Under the pieces are notes generated by a model that saw only the letters and a program-made list of their open reading frames with translations, was not told the origin of the DNA and searched no databases. A stretch of DNA of 64,000 nt from an uncultured Clostridia bacterium (GTDB lineage Bacteria > Bacillota > Clostridia > TANB77 > CAG-508), in assembly GCA_946415375.1 (NCBI GenBank), contig CAMKSF010000004.1, positions 33,697-97,696 of the forward strand, in the 5' to 3' direction. The position numbers and the translations under genes are program-made. The stretch's first letter is position 1. Every line of letters starts with the position of its first letter. This document shows, in pieces, positions 56,687-64,000 of this stretch.

Positions 56687-57722
56687 AAAAATGTTAATAA
56701 AAATACCTTTTAAAACACTGATTATATGTTTTGCTTTTTTTACTATTGTTATTATTTTTGATGAAATGCCACATTTGTTTTCATTCTTTAAAGAATATAA
56801 ATCAGATGTTATAGTAAACATATTTAACTTTGCAAGGGATTTAAGGACATTATATCATAATATAAGATGGTTGTTCTGGTCATTATATATAGTAAATATA
56901 GTATTATTGTTGCTTAAAATTTTCTTAAAAAATAAAAGTATAAAGATAATGAGTATTAACACATTTGAAAATGTTAAGGTAAATATTTGTACTAAATATA
57001 TATATGAAAATAAAGATTTTTATAAAGATTTATCAAATAATATAAAAATCTTGGAAAATAATTATTTAAATTATACAGGAATTGTTAAAGAATTAGACAA
57101 ATATGTTGAAAATTTTATGGAAGGAAAAAATGAAAAATATTATGCATTTGCAGGAATTTTACATACACCATTTATTTTAAGATTAGGATATAAGGTTGGA
57201 GATGGAACATATTTTAAATTATTTCATAAAAAAAGAAATGAAGATGTATTTAAACTTTTAACAAGTAAGAAAACATATTCAGGGAATTACCCTAAGCTAA
57301 AAGTAGAAAAAAAATTAAAAGATAGTGATACGCTTATAGTGAGTATTGCAACTACATTTCCTATAACTGATAAGCAGTTAAGTAAATTTGATATTAATAA
57401 TAATTCTTTTTTGAAATTTGAAACTGAAGATAAAGGATTTGATGTTATAATTGCAGAACAACAGGTTGATGATTACAAAAAAATCATTTTTGAAAATATA
57501 AGAGAAATAGTAAGAACTAAAAATATAAAAAAAATTCATTTATGTGTTTCATCATCAGTTGCTTTTACATTTGCATTGGGACAAGGATTTTCAGAGAATT
57601 ATGATCCTGAAATTATTATTTATAATTTTGAAGGACAACAATATACTTGGGGAATAAAATTGTTTGAAAAAGCAGAAAATTCAATTGTAGCATTAGATGA
57701 AAAAGTAAATACAGAATTATAA
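56670..57722 (+). CDS. 2TM-SAVED CBASS effector (Cap14-like)
   Basis: Two N-terminal TM helices (LIICFAFFTIVIIF and LFWSLYIVNIVLLLLKIFL), then a ~255-aa domain with YAFAGILHTPFILRLGYKVGD and HLCVSSSVAFTFALGQ that is SAVED-like. Confidence 0.55.
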   Translation: MIDKFKKMLIKIPFKTLIICFAFFTIVIIFDEMPHLFSFFKEYKSDVIVNIFNFARDLRTLYHNIRWLFWSLYIVNIVLLLLKIFLKNKSIKIMSINTFENVKVNICTKYIYENKDFYKDLSNNIKILENNYLNYTGIVKELDKYVENFMEGKNEKYYAFAGILHTPFILRLGYKVGDGTYFKLFHKKRNEDVFKLLTSKKTYSGNYPKLKVEKKLKDSDTLIVSIATTFPITDKQLSKFDINNNSFLKFETEDKGFDVIIAEQQVDDYKKIIFENIREIVRTKNIKKIHLCVSSSVAFTFALGQGFSENYDPEIIIYNFEGQQYTWGIKLFEKAENSIVALDEKVNTEL

Positions 57723-57737
57723 ATAAAAAACTTATAA

Positions 57738-57786
57738 AAAAGTGTGAAAATAGATTTTTAAATAAAAAATTAAAATTCACACTTTT
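57738..57786. terminator. Possible bidirectional terminator (long loop)
   Basis: AAAAGTGTGAA (57738-57748) / TTCACACTTTT (57776-57786) with a 27-nt AT loop. Confidence 0.4.
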
Positions 57787-57824
57787 AATATTTGTTATTA
57801 AGATTTGATTAAGTAGAAAAATAA

Positions 57825-58115
57825 TTATTTCTCTAAACACCCAATAATTACTCTGGCACCATCAACAAAGCCATTTCTATAATACTTTTCACTCCAATAG
57901 AAAACATAATCACAAAAATTATCATCGAGTTTATTAAGCTGTTGCCTAACAAATTTCCTGTTTTGTTTTGGAATGCTGCTTAGTATTTTTTCTGTAATCT
58001 CATCAAAATAAATCATATGTTTTTTATCCTCTTTAGTCATGTATGCAAAATCAGTTTGGTCTCTATATTCCCAAATCTCTTTTAAAATATCATCTTTTAC
58101 TTCTCTAAAACTCAT
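57825..58115 (-). CDS. Small hypothetical protein, probably mobile-element cargo
   Basis: 96 aa, ending ..EKYYRNGFVDGARVIIGCLEK. Adjacent to the TnpV-like gene. Confidence 0.5.
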   Translation of the reverse strand: MSFREVKDDILKEIWEYRDQTDFAYMTKEDKKHMIYFDEITEKILSSIPKQNRKFVRQQLNKLDDNFCDYVFYWSEKYYRNGFVDGARVIIGCLEK

Positions 58116-58128
58116 ATCTTAAATCCTC

Positions 58129-58485
58129 CTACACATAAATAATTTCATTATAAACAATTTCTTCAGCACGATTTTTAATGTTATTCATAGTTTGAACCCA
58201 AGTAAGTTGATTGTTATTTTTTAAATCTTCATTAACATTTTCAGATTTAGCTAATTGTTTAACTATTAAACCAATTCTTTCATTAGCTGCATTTTCAATA
58301 TCAGCAAGATGTTTAGACAGTGTTCCATTTATCATTAATTCAGTATATAAGCCTCTTTTATAATTTTTAATATAATTTAACCTTAATCTGCCATATTTTC
58401 CAATATGATAATCCTTACAAGAATTATCTATAATTAAATCAGGGATTAAATAATCTCCTTCTTTGTGATAAGTAACGTTATTCAT
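58129..58485 (-). CDS. tnpV: TnpV-like transposon-associated protein
   Basis: VTYHKEGDYLIPDL...IGKYGRLRLNYIKNYKRGLYTELMINGTLSKHLADIE...WVQTMNNIKNRAEEIV matches my recollection of TnpV from Tn4451-type elements. Confidence 0.55.
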   Translation of the reverse strand: MNNVTYHKEGDYLIPDLIIDNSCKDYHIGKYGRLRLNYIKNYKRGLYTELMINGTLSKHLADIENAANERIGLIVKQLAKSENVNEDLKNNNQLTWVQTMNNIKNRAEEIVYNEIIYV

Positions 58486-58550
58486 CTTTCAAAACCGCCA
58501 AATTTTATTTTCAGGTTTCCCATTTTACTTCCAATATTTGTTAAAAATAA

Positions 58551-58626
58551 TTGGGGAAAAGTTGGGGAAAAAATTCTCAAAAAAGTACAAAAAATCACAC
58601 AAATGTTCTAAAATTCATTTCCCCAA
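58551..58626. repeat. TTGGGGAAAA motif x2 direct plus one inverted copy
   Basis: TTGGGGAAAA at 58551-58560 and 58562-58571. TTTCCCCAA at 58618-58626. Confidence 0.7.
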
Positions 58627-58690
58627 TTTTCATTGATAAATCAGCTAAAACCCTTGATTTCACTAAATTACACAAACCTCTCAACTAGCC

Positions 58691-58707
58691 CTCATAACCC
58701 GAAGGTC
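58691..58707 (+). other. tRNA-Met-like fragment (anticodon loop, 3' anticodon stem and variable region)
   Basis: CTCATAACCCGAAGGTC is identical to the CUCAUAA-CCCGA-AGGUC segment of bacterial tRNA-fMet/Met as I remember it. The flanks do not fold into D, T or acceptor arms. Confidence 0.4.
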
Positions 58708-58885
58708 TAAAATTTGAACTCTGTTCCGACAGTCATTTTTAAATATGTAAAGGTTATCAAAAAATAACGATTTTTAGTTTTAAAATTTGTTTAACAAATG
58801 AAAAATCAATTAATTTAAAAAATTCTTTATCAATAAGTGAAAAATGAAGATATTTTTTTGAATTATTTTATTTGATTTTATTGAG

Positions 58886-58930
58886 AAATATGTAGTTTTA
58901 TGATATAAGATAATATAGAGTTATTATAAG
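58886..58930 (+). repeat. Right copy of the ~45-nt promoter-like repeat (partner at 43706-43749)
   Basis: AAATATGtagTTTTaTGATATAAGATAATATAGAGtTATTATAAG. TTGAGA (58881-58886), 17-nt spacer, TATAAG (58904-58909). Confidence 0.8.
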
Positions 58931-59016
58931 AATTAAATAGAACAATAAATAAAAAATATTGCAAATAGTATTTTACAGAAAAAATGCTGAATTAGAATAT
59001 GAATGAAGGAAAAAAT

Positions 59017-59688
59017 ATGAAAAGTAATGTAAAAGTAAAAACCAAAGAAGATATAAAAAAAGATCTTATTTCTAAAGATTTGAATGAATTAATAAAACCT
59101 CTTTTTATGTTTGTACTATTGTCAGTATTATTTGGATATCTTGGTTATAGATATTGTATAGATAATAATCTAGATATAATACATGGAATTGTTTTTGGCA
59201 GTTTGTTTCCATTGGGACTTGCTTTAATAAATGCGTTTAATTATGGAAGTTTTATTATTTACACTATTTATACAGTTGCATATATATGCCTTATAGGCTT
59301 TGTACCAACATTAATAGGATTTATTATCCTATTTATAATAATTGCAATATTTATAGTATGGTTTATTTATATAGAGAAAAAAGACAGGACAGAAGAAATA
59401 TATAAAATATATTATTATAGCAATAATATGACAACTCCAGTTAAAACTAAAACAACCGAAGAAATAGGAGAAAGATATATTCCTGTTATAGATGATGAAC
59501 CCGAGGAGGATATAGAAAAAAATATTTTTGATGATGAAGAAAAACTTGAATGTGAATGTGAAAGATGTTTTAAAAAGATATCTTTGGAAGAATATGAGTT
59601 AAATGATTTTATGTGTGAAGATTGCTATCAAGAGGTACATACAGATAAGAATGGTAATTTTCATGATGATGAATATTTTGATGTTTAG
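59017..59688 (+). CDS. Membrane protein with a C-terminal Cys-rich Zn-ribbon-like tail
   Basis: 3-4 TM helices and a C-terminal CECERC...CEDC. ATG 59017 follows GAAGGA (the track starts at 58999). Confidence 0.5.
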   Translation: MKSNVKVKTKEDIKKDLISKDLNELIKPLFMFVLLSVLFGYLGYRYCIDNNLDIIHGIVFGSLFPLGLALINAFNYGSFIIYTIYTVAYICLIGFVPTLIGFIILFIIIAIFIVWFIYIEKKDRTEEIYKIYYYSNNMTTPVKTKTTEEIGERYIPVIDDEPEEDIEKNIFDDEEKLECECERCFKKISLEEYELNDFMCEDCYQEVHTDKNGNFHDDEYFDV

Positions 59689-59771
59689 GAGAATATAGAA
59701 TTAAGTAATTATAGTGAAATTTTAAATGAGGATTTAGAATTATATAATGAATCAAGACAGTAGGTGATATA

Positions 59772-60269
59772 ATGAAACCAGTAGAAGAAATAATAGGAGA
59801 AAAAATATTAGAATTATTACATTTAGGTTTATCAATAATTGTTAAGCCAGATATTACAATAGATAAAGTAACTGAATTAGATGAGAATCAAATTAAAGAA
59901 ATAAAACAGAAATACGGTATAGAAGGCATTATATTGGATGTAGATGAAACACTTAGAAAAGATATGAAGGCTATACCAGAAGTTAATCAACAATGGATTG
60001 AAAATTTAAGAAGTCAGTTAAAAATAATTATAGTGAGTAATGGAATAGATAAAAAGATGGAAGCATATTTTAAAGAAAGAGGAATAACATATATTTCTTT
60101 TGCCCATAAGCCATTGAAAATGAATTTTTTAAAAGCTTGTAAAGAGATGAATGTTCAACCAGATAAAGTATTGGTAATTGGAGATAGTTTATTTGATGAT
60201 GTACTTGGTGGAAAAAGAAATAATATGAAAACAGCATTAGTAAAAAATGTTGAAGATGGAGAAAGATAA
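59772..60269 (+). CDS. YqeG-type HAD-IIIA phosphatase
   Basis: ILDVDETL (DxDxT) and VIGDSLFDDVLGG. Confidence 0.65.
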   Translation: MKPVEEIIGEKILELLHLGLSIIVKPDITIDKVTELDENQIKEIKQKYGIEGIILDVDETLRKDMKAIPEVNQQWIENLRSQLKIIIVSNGIDKKMEAYFKERGITYISFAHKPLKMNFLKACKEMNVQPDKVLVIGDSLFDDVLGGKRNNMKTALVKNVEDGER

Positions 60270-60288
60270 AAATATATAAGAAATACGG

Positions 60289-60328
60289 AATGCATTATGG
60301 TCACAAAAAAGACTGTAATGCATTTTTT
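60289..60328 (+). terminator. Intrinsic terminator
   Basis: AATGCATTA (60289-60297) / TAATGCATT (60316-60324), followed by TTTTT. Confidence 0.6.
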
Positions 60329-60359
60329 AGTTATTTTTTATAAAAAATAAAAAAACATC

Positions 60360-60388
60360 TTGACATCGTTACGTAACGATGATATAAT
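60360..60388 (+). promoter_or_regulatory. Consensus promoter whose spacer is an 18-bp perfect palindrome (candidate MerR operator)
   Basis: TTGACA (60360-60365), 17-nt spacer, TATAAT (60383-60388). CATCGTTAC/GTAACGATG spans 60364-60381. Confidence 0.75.
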
Positions 60389-60459
60389 ATAAATATAGAA
60401 CAGATGAAAAATATAATAAAGCATTTTTTTAAAAGTAAAATCCTAAGGAGGGATATAAA

Positions 60460-60864
60460 ATGGAATACAAAGTATCAGAATTAGCAGATAAAGCAGGAGT
60501 AACAAAAAGAACAATACACTATTACATAAGCAAAGGGTTGTTATTACCACCAGAAGGAAGCGGAGTAAATAGTTTATACAATGATGAACATTTACAAAGA
60601 ATACTTCTAATAAAAAAACTACAATCAGAATATATGCCATTAAATAAGATAAGAGAATATATTCTAGAAAATCCTACAGAGAAAGCTACAAAAAAAGAAA
60701 AAGAAATAAAAGCAAAAATAGTAAAAGAAGAAGGACAGGAAATATACATTAGAGAAAATATATGTGATATATTTGAAATCCACTATTCAGAAGAAAATGG
60801 TGAAAAGTATAAACATATTATAGAAAATGTAAAAAAATATGTAGAAAAAATGCTTGAGGACTAA
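60460..60864 (+). CDS. MerR-family transcriptional regulator
   Basis: YKVSELADKAGVTKRTIHYYISKGLL HTH. Confidence 0.85.
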   Translation: MEYKVSELADKAGVTKRTIHYYISKGLLLPPEGSGVNSLYNDEHLQRILLIKKLQSEYMPLNKIREYILENPTEKATKKEKEIKAKIVKEEGQEIYIRENICDIFEIHYSEENGEKYKHIIENVKKYVEKMLED

Positions 60865-60927
60865 TGAAAAATGCATTCATTTTTCAAAGAATGCAATAAT
60901 TAAATAAAGAAAGGAAAGAGGAATATT

Positions 60928-63303
60928 ATGAAAAATGTAGATCTAAGAGAGTTAGCTCTCAAAAAAGTTAAAATAACAGGTAATGTTATTGGAAAATTTG
61001 GTTCATTTGAAATTGAGCAAGTTTACAAAAACAATACAAAAGATGTATTAGAAGTAGGATATACATTCCCAATAGTAGAAACAGCAACAGTTGTAGGATT
61101 TGAAATAAACGTTGGAGATAAAGTTTTAAAAGGTAAATGTAAGGAAAAAGGAGAAGCTAAAAAAGAGTATCAAAAAAATATTGTAAAAGGCAATAGCGCA
61201 TATATGATGGAACAAGAAACAGACAATATATTTAAAATCTCTGTTGGAAAGATAGATAAAGATGAAGAAGTAACAGTAAAAATTCAATATATTGATAAGT
61301 TTGAAATTACTGATAATACTATACAAATTATAATGCCAACACTAGTTACACCTAAATACAAATCAAATATTACAGATAAATTAATTTATGGAAAAGTGGA
61401 TTATACAATAGATTTTAACATCAACATAGACAAATCATTAAATAGAAAAAGTATTTATTGTCCAAGCCATAAAATAAACATTATAGATGAAGAAAAAACT
61501 GAGAGAGTAGAAGTACTAAATTATGATTTATCAAAAGACTTTAAACTAAATATAGAATTAAAGAATGAATTATCATCAAATGCAATTACATCTAAAACAA
61601 GAGATGGAAAAGACATGATATATTTATCTTTTATGCCTGAAATATTAGATTCTTATGAAGACAGTGAAAAAGAATATCTATTTATAATAGATGTATCTGG
61701 ATCAATGTCTGGTGCAAAAATAGAAGAAACAAAAAGAGCAGTAATAGAATGTTTAAAACAATTAGATGTTGGTGATAAATTTAATATTATTCCATTTGAA
61801 TCAAGATTTGAAGCTATGAGTATTAAATCAATTGAATATAATGAAGGGAATATGCAAAAAGCAGTAAACTATATCAATAATTTAAGACCAATGGGTGGAA
61901 CTGAGATTTTAGATCCAATAAAATTTGCATTATATGAAAAAGATACAGATAAAATTATTTTATTATTCACAGATGGACAAGTTGGCAATGAAAATGAAAT
62001 TATAGAATATGTTGCAGACAATGTAAATAAAAGTAGAATATTTCCTTTTGGAATAGATACAAATGTTAATTCTGCATTTATTAAACAATTAGCAAAAGTA
62101 GGCAATGGTAAAGCAGAATTAATACAACCTAATGAAAAAATAGATGATAAAATAATAAGAACATTTGCAAGAATACAAACACCTTTATTAGAAGATTTAA
62201 CTATAGATTATGGAAATAATAAAGTTATAGATGAAATAAGAGAAGAAAAATGTTTATTTAATTATGAATTTTTCAATGTATTCACAAAAATAGAACAAAT
62301 TGTGGATAACATACAATTAAAAGGAAGAATTCAAGATAAAGAATATGTATGGGAAATTAATAAAGATACAATAAACAATACAGATGTGGATTTAGAAGTA
62401 TTATTTGCAAAACAGGAAATGGATAGATTAGAAGAATATATAAGAAATACGTATGATTATGAAAAAAAAGAAAATTACAAGAAAATGATAATAGAATTAT
62501 CAGAAAAATATAATATAAATTCTAAATATACTTCATTTATAACAGTATATGAAAGAGAAAACAAACTTCTAGAAGTACCACAATATCAAGAAACAACGTT
62601 GAGTGACAAATTTGCTAGAGAAGCATTAATGGGTGGTGTATTTAAAATGAAGATGTCAGCTAGACGTGATATGCAAGCGGATTTCGAGGCAGATGAAGGT
62701 ATTCCATCATTCTTAATGTCAGAAAAGCGTTCAAGCGATATGGACATACCATCATTCTTAAGAAAAAATAGCTCAGGAAACTCAAGGAATCCACACATAC
62801 CAAACTTTTTAAGAAAGAACAAATCAGTAACTTCAGAAAGTACACCAATAGAAATTAGGAAATCAAATGAAGAGATATTAGAAGAAAAAGTTGAGGAATA
62901 TTATAAAGTATTTATTTCTCAAGATGAAAAATCAATATTAACATTTTTACTATATGCGTATTATTATTTACTAAAAATAGGCAATAGATATAATTACAAT
63001 GATTTATTAAGATTTTTAAGAAACCACACAGAACAACTATTGGAAAATGAGTTATATTTAAGACTTCTATGTTTGTGCTATAAGCAATTAGATGAAAATA
63101 GATTTTTAGATAAAAAAGAAACATTAGAATTGATGGATGATGACTTTAAAAAGATTATAGCTACTAATCTAAAGATAAATGTTGAATTTAAGGAATTATC
63201 TAAAAATGAGATACAGGATATAGTTGAAAAGGATAAAGTGATTGATAATATTGATAAAGTACTAGAACATTTTATAAGAATAAATAATTTATGGGGATTT
63301 TAA
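60928..63303 (+). CDS. VIT plus von Willebrand factor A domain protein with a long C-terminal region
   Basis: N-terminal VIT-like region. MIDAS FIIDVSGSMSG, then ...MGGTEIL...LLFTDGQ. The C-terminal part holds three IP(S/N)FL(R/M)K motifs and a helical tail. Confidence 0.8.
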   Translation: MKNVDLRELALKKVKITGNVIGKFGSFEIEQVYKNNTKDVLEVGYTFPIVETATVVGFEINVGDKVLKGKCKEKGEAKKEYQKNIVKGNSAYMMEQETDNIFKISVGKIDKDEEVTVKIQYIDKFEITDNTIQIIMPTLVTPKYKSNITDKLIYGKVDYTIDFNINIDKSLNRKSIYCPSHKINIIDEEKTERVEVLNYDLSKDFKLNIELKNELSSNAITSKTRDGKDMIYLSFMPEILDSYEDSEKEYLFIIDVSGSMSGAKIEETKRAVIECLKQLDVGDKFNIIPFESRFEAMSIKSIEYNEGNMQKAVNYINNLRPMGGTEILDPIKFALYEKDTDKIILLFTDGQVGNENEIIEYVADNVNKSRIFPFGIDTNVNSAFIKQLAKVGNGKAELIQPNEKIDDKIIRTFARIQTPLLEDLTIDYGNNKVIDEIREEKCLFNYEFFNVFTKIEQIVDNIQLKGRIQDKEYVWEINKDTINNTDVDLEVLFAKQEMDRLEEYIRNTYDYEKKENYKKMIIELSEKYNINSKYTSFITVYERENKLLEVPQYQETTLSDKFAREALMGGVFKMKMSARRDMQADFEADEGIPSFLMSEKRSSDMDIPSFLRKNSSGNSRNPHIPNFLRKNKSVTSESTPIEIRKSNEEILEEKVEEYYKVFISQDEKSILTFLLYAYYYLLKIGNRYNYNDLLRFLRNHTEQLLENELYLRLLCLCYKQLDENRFLDKKETLELMDDDFKKIIATNLKINVEFKELSKNEIQDIVEKDKVIDNIDKVLEHFIRINNLWGF

Positions 63304-63312
63304 TAAATAAAG

Positions 63313-63340
63313 AAGCAGGGTGAAATATCCCTGCTTTTTA
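63313..63340 (+). terminator. Intrinsic terminator
   Basis: AAGCAGGG (63313-63320) / CCCTGCTT (63329-63336), followed by TTT. Confidence 0.7.
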
Positions 63341-63508
63341 GTATTCAATCAATTAGTTTATTTCTATCAAAAAAGTAACAAAGGTTCAAATTTGAATAAA
63401 TAATTCGGAAAAGATATTTAAAAAATAAAATATTATGTTATAATGAAAAAAATAGGAATTATTTCAATGAAAAAAGTTAATTATTATAATGTGAAAGGAA
63501 TAAATAAA

Positions 63509-64000
63509 ATGGTTTCGGATTTAAAAAAAGAAAGAGAAAAATTTATACAGGATTTAAAAGAATTAGATGAAGTAAAAGAAATAAAAAGAATAAATTTGAC
63601 AAATATATTTATATATTTTTTGCTAATTATTTTTATACCTTTATTGTTTTTATTAGGATTTTTTTTAAAAATAGATATTATTTATATAATTTCAATTATA
63701 GTACTAATGGTATTATTGATATATACTTGTTGGAATAATTATAAATGTAAAAAGATAGTTATTGAGATAATAAAAGATAGGGTTACAGAATTTTTTCGTT
63801 CAAAGTATGGTGAAATTAAATTAAAAGAGGAAAAGAAAGATGATATTTGCGAAAAAAACAATGAGTTAATTACTAGAAATTGTGCACTTGAAGAAATGAA
63901 TAGATTAACAATATATAAAGATATATACACTGATCATTTGATAAGATTCAATGATGGCAAAGAATATATAGATATGCTTTATTATAAGGATGGCACGTGT
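63509..64000 (+). CDS. Hypothetical membrane protein; the 3' end runs off the window
   Basis: Absent from the ORF track because there is no stop. Open from ATG 63509 (or the in-frame ATG 63467) to the window end: MVSDLKKEREKFIQDLKEL..., with two TM helices. Confidence 0.4.
   Translation, partial: MVSDLKKEREKFIQDLKELDEVKEIKRINLTNIFIYFLLIIFIPLLFLLGFFLKIDIIYIISIIVLMVLLIYTCWNNYKCKKIVIEIIKDRVTEFFRSKYGEIKLKEEKKDDICEKNNELITRNCALEEMNRLTIYKDIYTDHLIRFNDGKEYIDMLYYKDGTC

Noticed and set aside
58481-58634. Remnant of an integrase C-terminus, suggested by the G-x-K-x-G-x-K-like peptides encoded by the TTGGGGAAAA repeats.
   Set aside because: There is no start codon, no catalytic-domain residues and no frame clearly preferred. 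This is pure pattern association and is not supportable from the sequence.
58681-58735. An intact tRNA-Met gene.
   Set aside because: Only the anticodon-loop, 3' anticodon-stem and variable-region 17-mer matches. The 5' half of the anticodon stem (TAGCC) does not pair. No T-arm (GGTTCxAxTCC) or acceptor stem can be formed on either strand.
1-64000. Integrase, transposase, IS elements, rRNA genes or prophage structural genes.
   Set aside because: None was recognisable in any frame. Mobility of the island is therefore inferred only from the TnpV-like gene, the tRNA fragment and the repeats.

Overview
64-kb window from a very AT-rich Firmicute chromosome that looks Clostridia-like. All family names below come from reading the translated ORFs by eye; no HMM or BLAST was run. 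Positions 1-36.7 kb are mostly housekeeping. They hold the 5' part of an NRPS gene running off the left edge, htrA, a DUF2779 nuclease with a WYL regulator, a Fic/ATPase/AAA+ cluster, NUDIX, Sir2/CobB and nitroreductase genes. They also hold a pyrC-pyrK-pyrD-pyrF-(guanylate-kinase-like gene)-pyrE operon, a convergent upp-uraA pair with a leader terminator, a TetR-MMPL-YhgE/Pip-like efflux module, an ADP-ribosylglycohydrolase and an ECF sigma/M23 pair. Positions 36.8-58.9 kb are a stacked accessory/defence island with no recombinase visible. In order it contains: (1) an XRE regulator, an ImmA/IrrE::Fic fusion and an (YTGPGGGL)x11 repeat protein; (2) an HsdM-HsdS fusion with EYPF in place of NPPF, a DUF2325-like protein and a DUF2130 nuclease-like protein; (3) a very AT-rich 671-aa protein with a C-terminal Rx4H (HEPN/DUF4145-like) motif; (4) an R-M-like set made of a duplicated methylase N-domain, an Eco57I-type methylase, a GIY-YIG-like SF2 helicase with a Tudor-like tail, and a DUF4268 protein; (5) an MqsR-like toxin with an MqsA::Panacea antitoxin; (6) a type II CBASS operon (CD-NTase, Cap2, Cap3, 2TM-SAVED); (7) a TnpV-like remnant and a tRNA-Met-like fragment. 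A ~45-nt near-identical promoter-like repeat occurs at 43.7 kb and 58.9 kb. The right end carries a MerR gene with a perfect palindromic promoter and a VIT-vWA protein with three FtsZ C-terminal-peptide-like motifs. The candidates I rank highest as undescribed systems are the XRE/ImmA-Fic/repeat-protein operon (36.8-39.0 kb) and the degenerate HsdM-S/DUF2325/DUF2130 operon (39.1-42.8 kb). No rRNA gene, intact tRNA gene or CRISPR array was seen.
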